Of a DNA stretch of 44,242 nt, positions 18,696 to 27,049 are shown one piece after another. This DNA is from an uncultured Gammaproteobacteria bacterium (GTDB lineage: Bacteria; Patescibacteriota; Microgenomatia; UBA8517). How positions within the stretch are numbered: position 1 is the first letter of the stretch; each line of letters opens with the position of its first letter. Where the stretch lies: the NCBI GenBank assembly GCA_964617045.1, contig CAZTVZ010000001.1, forward strand, positions 90,521 through 134,762, in the 5' to 3' direction. The position numbers and the translations under genes are program-made. Under the pieces are notes generated by a model. The model made no database searches. It worked only from the letters and a program-made list of their open reading frames with translations, and was not told the DNA's origin.

Positions 18696-19082
18696 TTAAC
18701 TCTCTCTTTTTTTCTGGCATGAAGTGCACAGTGTGGCTTCCGGATATATGGAAAGTCTGTCGGTATCGATCATCTTTCCACAGTCTTCACAAAGTCCATA
18801 CTTTCCCTTTTCAAGTCTTTTCAAAGCTTTTTTGGTTTGATCGATTTTCTTGTTTAATTCTTTTTTAATTGCCGCAGTTCGCGCATGACCGAATTGTTCA
18901 TCTGCTTCCGTATCAGGAGCTGCATTATCGGAAACCCTCAAATCATTCTTGAAAGGATCTTCCTTTTCTATTGTTTTCTTTCTTAAGGTCAATTTTTGTA
19001 AGTTTTCCTTTAAAAAGACTCCAATAGGACTAAGCAGGTTTGTCGGAAACATTACTTTTTTATTTTCTTCTTTCTTGCTCAT
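18696..19082 (-). CDS. TraR/DksA C4-type zinc-finger protein
   Basis: Coiled coil plus YGLCEDCG...RL...P.ATLCTSC. Confidence 0.88.
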   Translation of the reverse strand: MSKKEENKKVMFPTNLLSPIGVFLKENLQKLTLRKKTIEKEDPFKNDLRVSDNAAPDTEADEQFGHARTAAIKKELNKKIDQTKKALKRLEKGKYGLCEDCGKMIDTDRLSIYPEATLCTSCQKKRES

Positions 19083-19681
19083 GTTCTTTGCCTTGCTAAG
19101 TTAAATACTAACAGAAAAAATGTAAATGCAAAAATACCCGAAACAATCACTTCGTATTTACCAGAGAAGGATATCACGAAAGGAAAAAAGGAAGCAATGA
19201 TTGCTCTTGCCAGGAAAAACAATCCAGATATGGTAAGCCCGGTAAAACCGATTCTTCCGGAACGATACCAAGAAAACTTTTTATAGTGTCTGTCAAAAAA
19301 ATATGCCAAACCCATGAGAATAACAATAAAAATAAAATAACCGAAGGAAAATAAACTTCTTGCCCCAACGGAGTCAATTAAAAAAGTAAAAGAAAGCATC
19401 GGCAGAATACTGACAACAAATGCTTCGTAAGTTTCATAGAATCTAAGCTTATTTTTGATTATCCCCAGAGACAATCCAACGGTAAGCCCGACAACTCCTC
19501 CGTACATCCACCATGGCTGCAGATATTTGGTAAAAATAAAAAGGAAAATAGCCAAACCCAATAGCGAAAATAAACCGGTGGAAAATATTTGATTTGCAGG
19601 ATAATCTTCTCTTAATTTTTTCCAGAAAAGAAACAGGTACAGAAATATCCCCAGAATATTAAAAAGTATTGAGATAAACAT
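19079..19681 (-). CDS. Multi-pass membrane protein (weakly Lgt-like)
   Basis: About 6-7 TM segments; start at 19681 from TGATATACT 8 nt upstream. The canonical Lgt HPTQLYE motif is not seen. Confidence 0.65.
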   Translation of the reverse strand: MFISILFNILGIFLYLFLFWKKLREDYPANQIFSTGLFSLLGLAIFLFIFTKYLQPWWMYGGVVGLTVGLSLGIIKNKLRFYETYEAFVVSILPMLSFTFLIDSVGARSLFSFGYFIFIVILMGLAYFFDRHYKKFSWYRSGRIGFTGLTISGLFFLARAIIASFFPFVISFSGKYEVIVSGIFAFTFFLLVFNLARQRT

Positions 19682-19736
19682 CCGACACCAGTATATCATT
19701 TGACTTAGTGTGAAAAATAGCTTTAAGATTTAAACA

Positions 19737-20198
19737 ATGTTGGAAACTCCACATGTTCTGGTCGGCGCGGCAATAGCCACAAAAATTCCCAATCCCTTTA
19801 TTGCAATTCCGCTTGCTCTTCTGTCTCATTTTGCCTTGGAAAAAATTCCCCACTGGAATCCTCACCTTAATACCGAAACAAAAAAGTACGGAAAGTTAAC
19901 ATCACAAACAATGAGAATAATTGTTGCCGATACTACGATTGCCCTAATATCCGGAAGTATTATTTCCACGCTGGTACTGCCCGATCGTGCACATGCTTTA
20001 ACAATTTTACTTGCCTGTTTTGCATCCGCTCTTCCGGACATCGTTGAAGCACCATACTTTCTTTTCAAGGTGCGGGCAAAAATACTGGAAGATTACATCA
20101 AGTTGCAGAAAAAACTTCAGGTGGATGCACCGATTATCCCAGGACTTATTACTCAGCTTTTTGTCATCGCAGGTGCTATTTGGTGGATACTTACTTAG
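19737..20198 (+). CDS. Membrane-bound putative metal-dependent hydrolase (YdjM-like)
   Basis: PHVLVG, SHFALEKIPH, LPD motifs with TM helices. Confidence 0.6.
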   Translation: MLETPHVLVGAAIATKIPNPFIAIPLALLSHFALEKIPHWNPHLNTETKKYGKLTSQTMRIIVADTTIALISGSIISTLVLPDRAHALTILLACFASALPDIVEAPYFLFKVRAKILEDYIKLQKKLQVDAPIIPGLITQLFVIAGAIWWILT

Positions 20199-20751
20199 CT
20201 CTCTCAATATAAGAAGAATCTCTTGTATCAACGATTATCTTTTCCCCCGCCTTGATAAACAAAGGAACTTTTACGTTCATTCCGTTTTCCAACACTGCAG
20301 GTTTATATAAATTGGTAGCAGAATTTCCTTTTACTCCCGGATCGCACTCTTTTACGGTTAAGGCTACTTTGGGAGGAAGTTCAACCGAAAGTGCTTTGTC
20401 GTCCCAAAACAAGATATTGGCGTTTTCCCCTTCTTTCAAAAAAAGGATTGAATCGCCGAGAACGCTTATTGGTATTTCGACTTGTTCAAAGGATTTGGGA
20501 TCCATAAAAAAGGCGTTTGTATCGTCTTTGTACAAATATTGAAGAATCTTTCGATAGGTATTGGCTTCATCAACGGCAACATTGGAACTGAAAGATTTCT
20601 CTTCCACCGAACCGGTTTCCAAATTTCTAACCTGGACTTTTACAACAGCACCTCCCCTACCCATTTTGATAAGAGAATATTTGATAACCTGATAGGGCTT
20701 TCCATATTGCTGAAAAGCGACCCCGTTTTTTAAATCTGTGGAATTAATCAT
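20191..20751 (-). CDS. efp: Elongation factor P
   Basis: KMGRGGA loop, PGVKGNSAT..KPA.LENG..V.VPLFI..GE.I.VDTR. Confidence 0.96.
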   Translation of the reverse strand: MINSTDLKNGVAFQQYGKPYQVIKYSLIKMGRGGAVVKVQVRNLETGSVEEKSFSSNVAVDEANTYRKILQYLYKDDTNAFFMDPKSFEQVEIPISVLGDSILFLKEGENANILFWDDKALSVELPPKVALTVKECDPGVKGNSATNLYKPAVLENGMNVKVPLFIKAGEKIIVDTRDSSYIERAK

Positions 20752-20796
20752 ACAGAGGGTATTTTAACCTAATTTTTGGTATAATTGAAGCCTTAA

Positions 20797-20881
20797 GCCG
20801 AGGTGGCGGAATGGCAGACGCTCAGGTCTCAAAAACCTGTGAGGCTAACACCTCGTGGAGGTTCGACTCCTCTCCTCGGCA
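20797..20881 (+). tRNA. tRNA-Leu(CAA), CCA not encoded
   Basis: Acceptor GCCGAGG/CCTCGGC, D-loop GG, anticodon arm CAGGT-CTCAAAA-ACCTG, long variable arm, GTTCGAC T-loop; TGGTATAAT upstream. Confidence 0.97.
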
Positions 20882-20882
20882 C

Positions 20883-20921
20883 AAAAAAAGCCCTTCCAGA
20901 CTGTTAAGTCAAAGAAGGGCT
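20883..20921 (-). terminator. Intrinsic terminator of cassette E (abuts the tRNA 3' end)
   Basis: AGCCCTTC...GAAGGGCT plus T tract on the minus strand; inner GACT-TAAC-AGTC hairpin. Confidence 0.8.
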
Positions 20922-20929
20922 ACTTACCT

Positions 20930-21352
20930 TCATTTCCACATTTTTTAACGATCGAGTGATTGTTCCGGCCAATCTTCGTAACTTCTACAAGTCAAGGTTA
21001 TTGTCACGGCGGGATATTCCTTCGAAAGAAGGTTGGCAAATCTTTCTGCCCTTTGCAAAGAGCCGTAATACCAGAATATCCATGAGTTTTTCTGGCAAAA
21101 TTCCAGATCTCCCAAATAATAACGCTCCTTAATATTCAACAATTTTTGGATTTTATTCTGGGGCAAAAACTCGTTTGTCGTAAATATCGAAAGCTTACCA
21201 ATGATCGGATCGGGGTACATTTGAGGTACACCTATACTTCCGAATTCATAACCGATGCTTCTTACGAAGTCGATTAATTTCAATAAGTCTACATCCTTTG
21301 CTTGCTCAACTCTGACGCCCATATTTTCCTCCTTATGATTGCGTGGAAATGA
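20930..21352 (-). repeat. Cassette E closing inverted repeat (arms 21352-21342 and 20940-20930)
   Basis: TCATTTCCACG / TGTGGAAATGA, 11 bp with one G-U wobble in the sense RNA; the right arm starts 4 nt after the stop. Confidence 0.75.
20945..21322 (-). CDS. Hypothetical alpha/beta protein, 125 aa
   Basis: Start moved to MGVRVE because TAAGGAGG precedes ATG 21322. Confidence 0.75.
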   Translation of the reverse strand: MGVRVEQAKDVDLLKLIDFVRSIGYEFGSIGVPQMYPDPIIGKLSIFTTNEFLPQNKIQKLLNIKERYYLGDLEFCQKNSWIFWYYGSLQRAERFANLLSKEYPAVTITLTCRSYEDWPEQSLDR

Positions 21353-21395
21353 TATTTGAATGTGCCGATTAACGCATTTGTTAATCCAATGTGGC

Positions 21396-21424
21396 ATTCT
21401 ATAGTGTTATAGGCTATCTGTCAA
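21396..21424 (-). promoter_or_regulatory. sigma70 promoter of cassette E
   Basis: TTGACA-17 nt-TAGAAT, overlapping the dnaB stop region. Confidence 0.8.
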
Positions 21425-22761
21425 GATTTCGAGGCTGATTCTTTCTTTTGTGTTTCTCTTCCGTAGAACTTAATTCTGTCTCCCTTGAAGAAGAGGTTTA
21501 TGGATTTTAGAGGTCCGTTACGGTGCTTTGCTATATCCAAGACTACGTTTTCGGGAGCCTCGTTGTCTTCCCTCCATAAAAACATAACAACATCGGCATC
21601 CTGCTCGATTGACCCTGATTCTCTAAGGTCCGCAAGTTGAGGTTTGTTTCCCCCTCTTTGTTCGACCGCACGGGACAACTGAGATAGCGCAAGCACCGGT
21701 ACTTTCAATTCTCTGGCCAAGTTTTTAAGTCCCTGTGATATTTCCGAAACTTCTTGAACCCTATTCTCCAGCTGTCTCGATCGAGCCAGCTGCAAATAAT
21801 CGACCACGATTAAATCAATCCCCCCGGTTTCAACCTGCAATCTTCGGGCTTTTGTTCTCATTTCAAGAATGGTTAGAGCTGGTGTATCGTCTATATATAT
21901 CGGAGCTTCCGCGAGTTCACCCATTGCTTGCGACAACTTGGAAAAATCATCGTCGTTCAGTTTTCCCGTTTTAAGTTTCCATGCGTCTATGTCTGCCTGC
22001 CCCACAAGAAGTCTATCCACAAGTTCTTCTTTGCTCATTTCCAATGAGAAAAATCCAACCGATCTCTTGTATTTAACTGCCAAATTTTGGGCGATATTCA
22101 AGGCAAAAGATGTTTTTCCTATACCAGGTCTTGCAGCAAGAATAATTAGATTGGATTTTTGCATCCCGGCAAGAGTATCGTCCAAATCTTTAAATCCGGT
22201 AGGAACTCCCCTAAGGGAATCTCCTTGTTTGTGAAGTTCATCTAACCTGTCAAATGATTCTTCCAATGTCGCCCTGACGGGAGTAAATGCTTTTGCGATT
22301 GCTTTTTGGGTAATATGAAATATTTCCGATTCCGCTTTATCGAGAAGTTGATCAGCACCCAAAGAATCATCCAAAGAAAACTCAACCAGTTTGGAAGCTG
22401 CGGTCATTAATGTTCTTTTAGTTGCAGCTTCTTTAACGATTTTTCCGTAATGTTCAACATGAGCTGCAGTCGGAACTTTATTAACAAGTTCGGCCAGATA
22501 TGTTGCTCCCCCGACTTTTTTTAAATCTTTTTGTTTTTTTAATTTTTCCGTTACGGTTAATACGTCAACCGGAACTCTCTCTTCATAAAGAGCGACACAA
22601 GCTTCAAAAATCATTTTGTGTCTGTCGTCGTAAAAATCGTCTGCACTTAAAAACTCCGCAACTGCAATAATTGCGTCTTTATCCAGTAGGAGCGCACCAA
22701 GGACAGATTCTTCAGCTCCGGCAGAATGAGGTGGTATTCTAACGTTCAATGCTTCCGGCAT
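21421..22761 (-). CDS. dnaB: Replicative DNA helicase
   Basis: PPHS..AE.SVLG, AARPGIGKT, FFSLEMS, VVDYLQL, LSQLSR, DLRESGSIEQDADVVMFL. Confidence 0.97.
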   Translation of the reverse strand: MPEALNVRIPPHSAGAEESVLGALLLDKDAIIAVAEFLSADDFYDDRHKMIFEACVALYEERVPVDVLTVTEKLKKQKDLKKVGGATYLAELVNKVPTAAHVEHYGKIVKEAATKRTLMTAASKLVEFSLDDSLGADQLLDKAESEIFHITQKAIAKAFTPVRATLEESFDRLDELHKQGDSLRGVPTGFKDLDDTLAGMQKSNLIILAARPGIGKTSFALNIAQNLAVKYKRSVGFFSLEMSKEELVDRLLVGQADIDAWKLKTGKLNDDDFSKLSQAMGELAEAPIYIDDTPALTILEMRTKARRLQVETGGIDLIVVDYLQLARSRQLENRVQEVSEISQGLKNLARELKVPVLALSQLSRAVEQRGGNKPQLADLRESGSIEQDADVVMFLWREDNEAPENVVLDIAKHRNGPLKSINLFFKGDRIKFYGRETQKKESASKS

Positions 22762-22781
22762 GTTAGATTAAATAAATACTC

Positions 22782-23429
22782 TTATTTTCTTTCAAGAACA
22801 ACTACTTTTTGTTCTTCGCCAAATTCTTCTTTTTTAATTGATAGTTTTGGCAGAGTCTCGACAGGAAGACCCATATCTTTTACAAATTCATCGTAAGTAT
22901 TTAGGTGTCCAAAATTGGTTTGGTTTAACCCTTCTTCCTGATAATGCATTGGGATAATTATTCTTGGCTCAATTGCCTGTGCAACTTTAACCGCGCTTTC
23001 CGAGTTAAGAGAAGACCCTCCCCCAACCGGGATCATCAGTATGTCTATATCCCCGATATCTCCAATTAAACTTTCCGATAATTGGTGTCCAAGATCACCC
23101 AAATGACACAACCTAAGACCATCAATTTCGTACACATAAATTGTATTTTTTCCTTTTTCCTCACCTTTTTTGTCATCGTGATAAGAAGGAAATCCCAGCA
23201 CTGTTACTCCTTGAATTTCGTATTCACCTGGTCCTTTGAGAATTTTTCTTGCTCCGGCAACAAGTTGCGATTGATTATGGTCGTCATGATTATGGGAAAC
23301 AGTAACAATATCCCCCTCAACTCCGGAATATTTTAATCCAACATTTTTCGGATCAAAAGGATCTATAACAACACTTGTTGTTTTCCCTTTTAATTTAAAA
23401 GAAGAATGACCCAAGAAATATATTTCCAT
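22782..23429 (-). CDS. Metallo-beta-lactamase-fold hydrolase
   Basis: LGHSSF, IDPF, VSHNHDDH, HLGDLG, IIPMHY. Confidence 0.9.
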   Translation of the reverse strand: MEIYFLGHSSFKLKGKTTSVVIDPFDPKNVGLKYSGVEGDIVTVSHNHDDHNQSQLVAGARKILKGPGEYEIQGVTVLGFPSYHDDKKGEEKGKNTIYVYEIDGLRLCHLGDLGHQLSESLIGDIGDIDILMIPVGGGSSLNSESAVKVAQAIEPRIIIPMHYQEEGLNQTNFGHLNTYDEFVKDMGLPVETLPKLSIKKEEFGEEQKVVVLERK

Positions 23430-23461
23430 ATACATTGGCAGGATAACAAAATGGCGTTTCG

Positions 23462-23490
23462 TTGACAAGGGTAAAAAGAATTCGTATATT
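23462..23490 (+). promoter_or_regulatory. sigma70 promoter
   Basis: TTGACA-17 nt-TATATT, 19 nt before ATG 23510. Confidence 0.7.
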
Positions 23491-23509
23491 ACCAAGGACT
23501 GCCTTACTA

Positions 23510-24508
23510 ATGAAAAAAGAAGTCATATATGCAATTGTCGCGGGAGGGATATTGGGCCTCCTGATTGCTTTTGGAGCTTGGAGGGTAAATTCCGCTTTAT
23601 CACCCAAAGAAAAGGAAACACCAAAAGTACAAAACAATATTATTAAAAATTCCACAAATATTTCTATTGCTTCACCAAACAATCTGGATGTGCTTGTTAA
23701 ATCTCCAACAACTATAAGCGGGCTTGCAAAGGTTGCCTCGTTGGTGGTAATCAGCTCCGACGAAGAAGACGTTTTGGTCAGATCCGACAATGAAGGATCA
23801 TTTTCCGGAGAGATAGAACTTTCTGGGGGTGTAAATAATATCAACGTAGGAATATTCAACGACAAAGGAGATTATGAAAAACAATCAATAAAAGTTGTAT
23901 ATTCAACCGAATTTGCAAAAATTACTCCTCCGGAAATTCCCACGGACAATCCCACATCTTCAGATTCTGTAAGACAAAAAGTTCAAGATAAATTAAAAGA
24001 TGCTTACAACAATCCCCTTGCGTATATGGGAACAATTACCGACATTTCGGAGAACGGAATTCAGATAAAAACTTCCGAAGGAGAAATCGAACAAATCTCA
24101 ACAACCGAAAGTCCAACCGTTATCCAAGACGGTAAAAACGCAAAAGAAGTAAAACTCACGGATATTGCCATTGGAGATTATGTGGTTGCAATGGGTTTTA
24201 CGGGAAATCATGTCCTCACCGCAAAAAGAATATTAATTACTACCGAAAAACAAATGAATACCGCTGCATATCTTTCGGGAAAAGTAGAAAAAGCAACAAG
24301 TAAGGATATTACAGTTAAAAACGACAAGGACGAATCGTCCGTTCTTGCTCTTTCTCAAAGTACAACTTCGACATATCTTCTGGAAGGAGATAAATTGTCC
24401 AAAGTAAAGTTCAGCAACATTTCGGTTGACGACAAAGTATATCTGATTGGAAAAATAGAAAACGAAAAGTTTCTCCCGAGAACAATCTTTATAATCGGCA
24501 GGCCTTAA
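23510..24508 (+). CDS. Membrane-anchored surface protein with Ig-like and two OB/DUF5666-like beta domains
   Basis: N-terminal TM segment; TISGLA..DNEGSFSGEIEL..GVNNI Ig-like segment; two repeats of G.I..I......V.T...DI..GD.V. Confidence 0.7.
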   Translation: MKKEVIYAIVAGGILGLLIAFGAWRVNSALSPKEKETPKVQNNIIKNSTNISIASPNNLDVLVKSPTTISGLAKVASLVVISSDEEDVLVRSDNEGSFSGEIELSGGVNNINVGIFNDKGDYEKQSIKVVYSTEFAKITPPEIPTDNPTSSDSVRQKVQDKLKDAYNNPLAYMGTITDISENGIQIKTSEGEIEQISTTESPTVIQDGKNAKEVKLTDIAIGDYVVAMGFTGNHVLTAKRILITTEKQMNTAAYLSGKVEKATSKDITVKNDKDESSVLALSQSTTSTYLLEGDKLSKVKFSNISVDDKVYLIGKIENEKFLPRTIFIIGRP

Positions 24509-24553
24509 TAGGCGGATTACATCCTCACTTAATTTTGCTAGAATTAAATCATT

Positions 24554-25789
24554 ATGGACGCAATGCAACCGCTAAAAGGATTCCGTGATTTTTTGCCTCA
24601 AAAAATGGCAATCAGATCGGAAATAATAAAAAGGCTGAAAAAGGTATTCGAAAAATACGGATTTGAAGAATTACAAACACCTACTCTCGAATATGCAGAA
24701 GTATTGTTGGGCAAATACGGCGAAGAGGCTGAAAAATTAATGTATATCTTCGACGATCCCGGAGGAAGAAAGGTGGGTTTGAGATACGACTTAACCGTTC
24801 CCCTGGCCAGAGTGGTGGCCAGTTACCCCTCTTTGCCAATTCCTTTTAAAAGATATCAAATACAACCGGCATGGAGGGCTGAAAACACCCAAAGGGGAAG
24901 ATACCGTGAATTTTATCAATGCGACATTGATACCATTGGCAGCTCATCCCCCATTGCCGATGCCGAAATACTGGCAATCATTAACGATTCGCTGAAAGCT
25001 GTCGGATTTTCAAAATACAAGATCCGAATTAATTCCAGAGAAGTATTGTTTGAGCTTGTTAAATCCTCAGGTATTCCGGAAGAATTAAAATTTAAAACAA
25101 TCCAATCTATAGACAAGTTGGATAAAAAAACAAAAGAAGAAGTTGTAAAGGAATTATCCGAAAGAGGTCTTTCAGATGATCAAATTAAGTCCTTGTTTGA
25201 GAATATCGAAAAAGCAAGGCCTGATGAATATTTAAGAAAAGTAATAGACATGGCCGATTCTATGGGAGTTGCCGACAACTTGGTCTTTGATCCAAAACTG
25301 GCAAGAGGTCTGGACTATTACACCGGACCTATTTTTGAAACATATGTCGAAGAACCGAAAGTCGGATCTCTTACCGGAGGAGGAAGATACGACAAATTAT
25401 TATCTTCCCTGGGAGGAAAAGATCTTCCCGCCGTTGGTTCAACAATAGGATTGGAAAGAATAGTCGAGGTGGTGGAAGAAATGAATTTAATACCCGATAT
25501 TAAACCGACACCCATTAAGGCGTTGGTAACAATATTTTCGCCCGAATTTCTGCTTCAATCCGTTAAAGTAGCAAGTGAGCTGAGAGAAAAAGGTATCAAT
25601 GTTGAACTGTATTCGGATGAAAATGCTCGTCTCGATAAGCAGATGAAATATGCCGACGAAAGAAAGATTCCTTTTGTCATAATCATGGGCCCCGAGGAAA
25701 TAGCAACCAATAAGGCAACTCTTAAAAACATGTTTGATAAAACCCAAGAACAAATTGATCTTAGTTCCCTTTCCGAAAGCCTTTCATGA
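24554..25789 (+). CDS. hisS: Histidine--tRNA ligase
   Basis: LKGFRDFLP, LRYDLTVP, RGRYREFYQCDID, LARGLDYYTG, GGGRYD. Confidence 0.97.
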   Translation: MDAMQPLKGFRDFLPQKMAIRSEIIKRLKKVFEKYGFEELQTPTLEYAEVLLGKYGEEAEKLMYIFDDPGGRKVGLRYDLTVPLARVVASYPSLPIPFKRYQIQPAWRAENTQRGRYREFYQCDIDTIGSSSPIADAEILAIINDSLKAVGFSKYKIRINSREVLFELVKSSGIPEELKFKTIQSIDKLDKKTKEEVVKELSERGLSDDQIKSLFENIEKARPDEYLRKVIDMADSMGVADNLVFDPKLARGLDYYTGPIFETYVEEPKVGSLTGGGRYDKLLSSLGGKDLPAVGSTIGLERIVEVVEEMNLIPDIKPTPIKALVTIFSPEFLLQSVKVASELREKGINVELYSDENARLDKQMKYADERKIPFVIIMGPEEIATNKATLKNMFDKTQEQIDLSSLSESLS

Positions 25790-26709
25790 GTAAATCAAGA
25801 CTAACTGCCTATCTCTATCTAACGATAGCCTTTATTATCTGGGCTTTCGCAGTTCCGATAATTAAGTACGTTCTGGGAGAAGTCGATCCATTTACATTTC
25901 TCACCTATCGTTTTGGTATTTCTGCGGTTTTTGCTCTCCTCTATTTCGGAATAAAAAAGTTTCGGTTTTTTAAAAATCTAAAAAATTTAGGGTTGCTTCT
26001 TCTACACGGTGTAATCACTTCCACAATTACTCTTGGTCTTCTTTTTATCGCGCTAGATAACACCACTGTTGTTGACTATTCGATTATTAATATGGTCTCA
26101 CCGTTAATAATATCGGTCATGGGTGTATGGTTTTTGAATGAACATGTTACAAATAAAGAAAAAAAGGGAATGTTTATTGCCCTATTGGGAACTGCATTGA
26201 TAACATTCGGACCTTTGATTTTCTACGGAACCGACGGTCCGGTTCTTTCGGGAAACCTGCTGTTGTTTGCCTATCTTTTCTCAAATGCATTCTCGATCAT
26301 TATTACCAAAAAACTTCTCAAATTGGGGCATCAACCGATGGATATCACCAACTTCATGTTTATCGTTGGTTTTATCACAATGCTTCCTCTTTTGATGCTT
26401 TTTGGAAACATCAAAGATTCCATTAGTTTGATCTCGGGTTTATCCATACCGTTCCAGCTGGGTATTTTCTATATGGCTCTTTTATCCGGGGTAATTGCTT
26501 ACTGGTTAAATTCAAAGGGTCAAAAAACTATCGAGGCGGGAGAAGCTTCCGTATTTAATTACCTTTACCCACTTATTGAACTACCTATCGCCGTAATTTG
26601 GCTCGGCGAAAAGATCACTATTTTGTTTGTTGTTGGAGGTATAATAACCCTACTCGGAGTATTCATCGCCGAAGTCAAAAAACCCAGCCTTGCCAAGAGT
26701 AAGCGTTAA
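25786..26709 (+). CDS. DMT/EamA-family transporter
   Basis: Ten TM segments in two EamA repeats. Confidence 0.9.
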   Translation: MSKSRLTAYLYLTIAFIIWAFAVPIIKYVLGEVDPFTFLTYRFGISAVFALLYFGIKKFRFFKNLKNLGLLLLHGVITSTITLGLLFIALDNTTVVDYSIINMVSPLIISVMGVWFLNEHVTNKEKKGMFIALLGTALITFGPLIFYGTDGPVLSGNLLLFAYLFSNAFSIIITKKLLKLGHQPMDITNFMFIVGFITMLPLLMLFGNIKDSISLISGLSIPFQLGIFYMALLSGVIAYWLNSKGQKTIEAGEASVFNYLYPLIELPIAVIWLGEKITILFVVGGIITLLGVFIAEVKKPSLAKSKR

Positions 26710-26729
26710 CTGGTATAATTTCCCCGTCT

Positions 26730-27038
26730 ATGAAAGCTCAAATTCATCCTAAGTGGTATCCTGAAGCCAAGGTTGCTTGTGCTTGTGGAAATTCTTTTAC
26801 AGTAGGTGCATCAACACCGGAACTTTCCGTGGATGTTTGCAGTATGTGCCACCCATTCTATACAGGACAGATGAAATACCTCGACACCGCAGGAAGAGTT
26901 GAAGCATTTAAAGCCAGAATGGATACTGCAAAAAATCAGAAGTTTGTAAGCAAAACCCAAAAAAGAGAACTTAAAAGACAAAGAAAACTTCAAGAAGAAC
27001 TTGAAAGACCGGACTCTTTGGCCGATCTTCGCAAGTAA
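26730..27038 (+). CDS. rpmE: 50S ribosomal protein L31 (Zn type) with a basic C-terminal extension
   Basis: [29 protein letters not shown]. Confidence 0.95.
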   Translation: MKAQIHPKWYPEAKVACACGNSFTVGASTPELSVDVCSMCHPFYTGQMKYLDTAGRVEAFKARMDTAKNQKFVSKTQKRELKRQRKLQEELERPDSLADLRK

Positions 27039-27049
27039 CCATTATCTAA

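Noticed and set aside
8000-21352. Cassette arms as transposon/MITE or IS231-type mobile-cassette termini
   Set aside because: Arm sequences differ between units, no target-site duplications are seen, promoters and terminators lie outside the arms, and the mismatches are sense-strand G-U.
8000-21352. Integron attC sites or retron a1/a2 repeats
   Set aside because: No GTTRRRY/RYYYAAC core arrangement, the recombinase looks Xer-type rather than IntI, and no reverse transcriptase is in the window.
20797-21424. tRNA-targeted integrative element
   Set aside because: No duplicated tRNA 3' end and no adjacent integrase.
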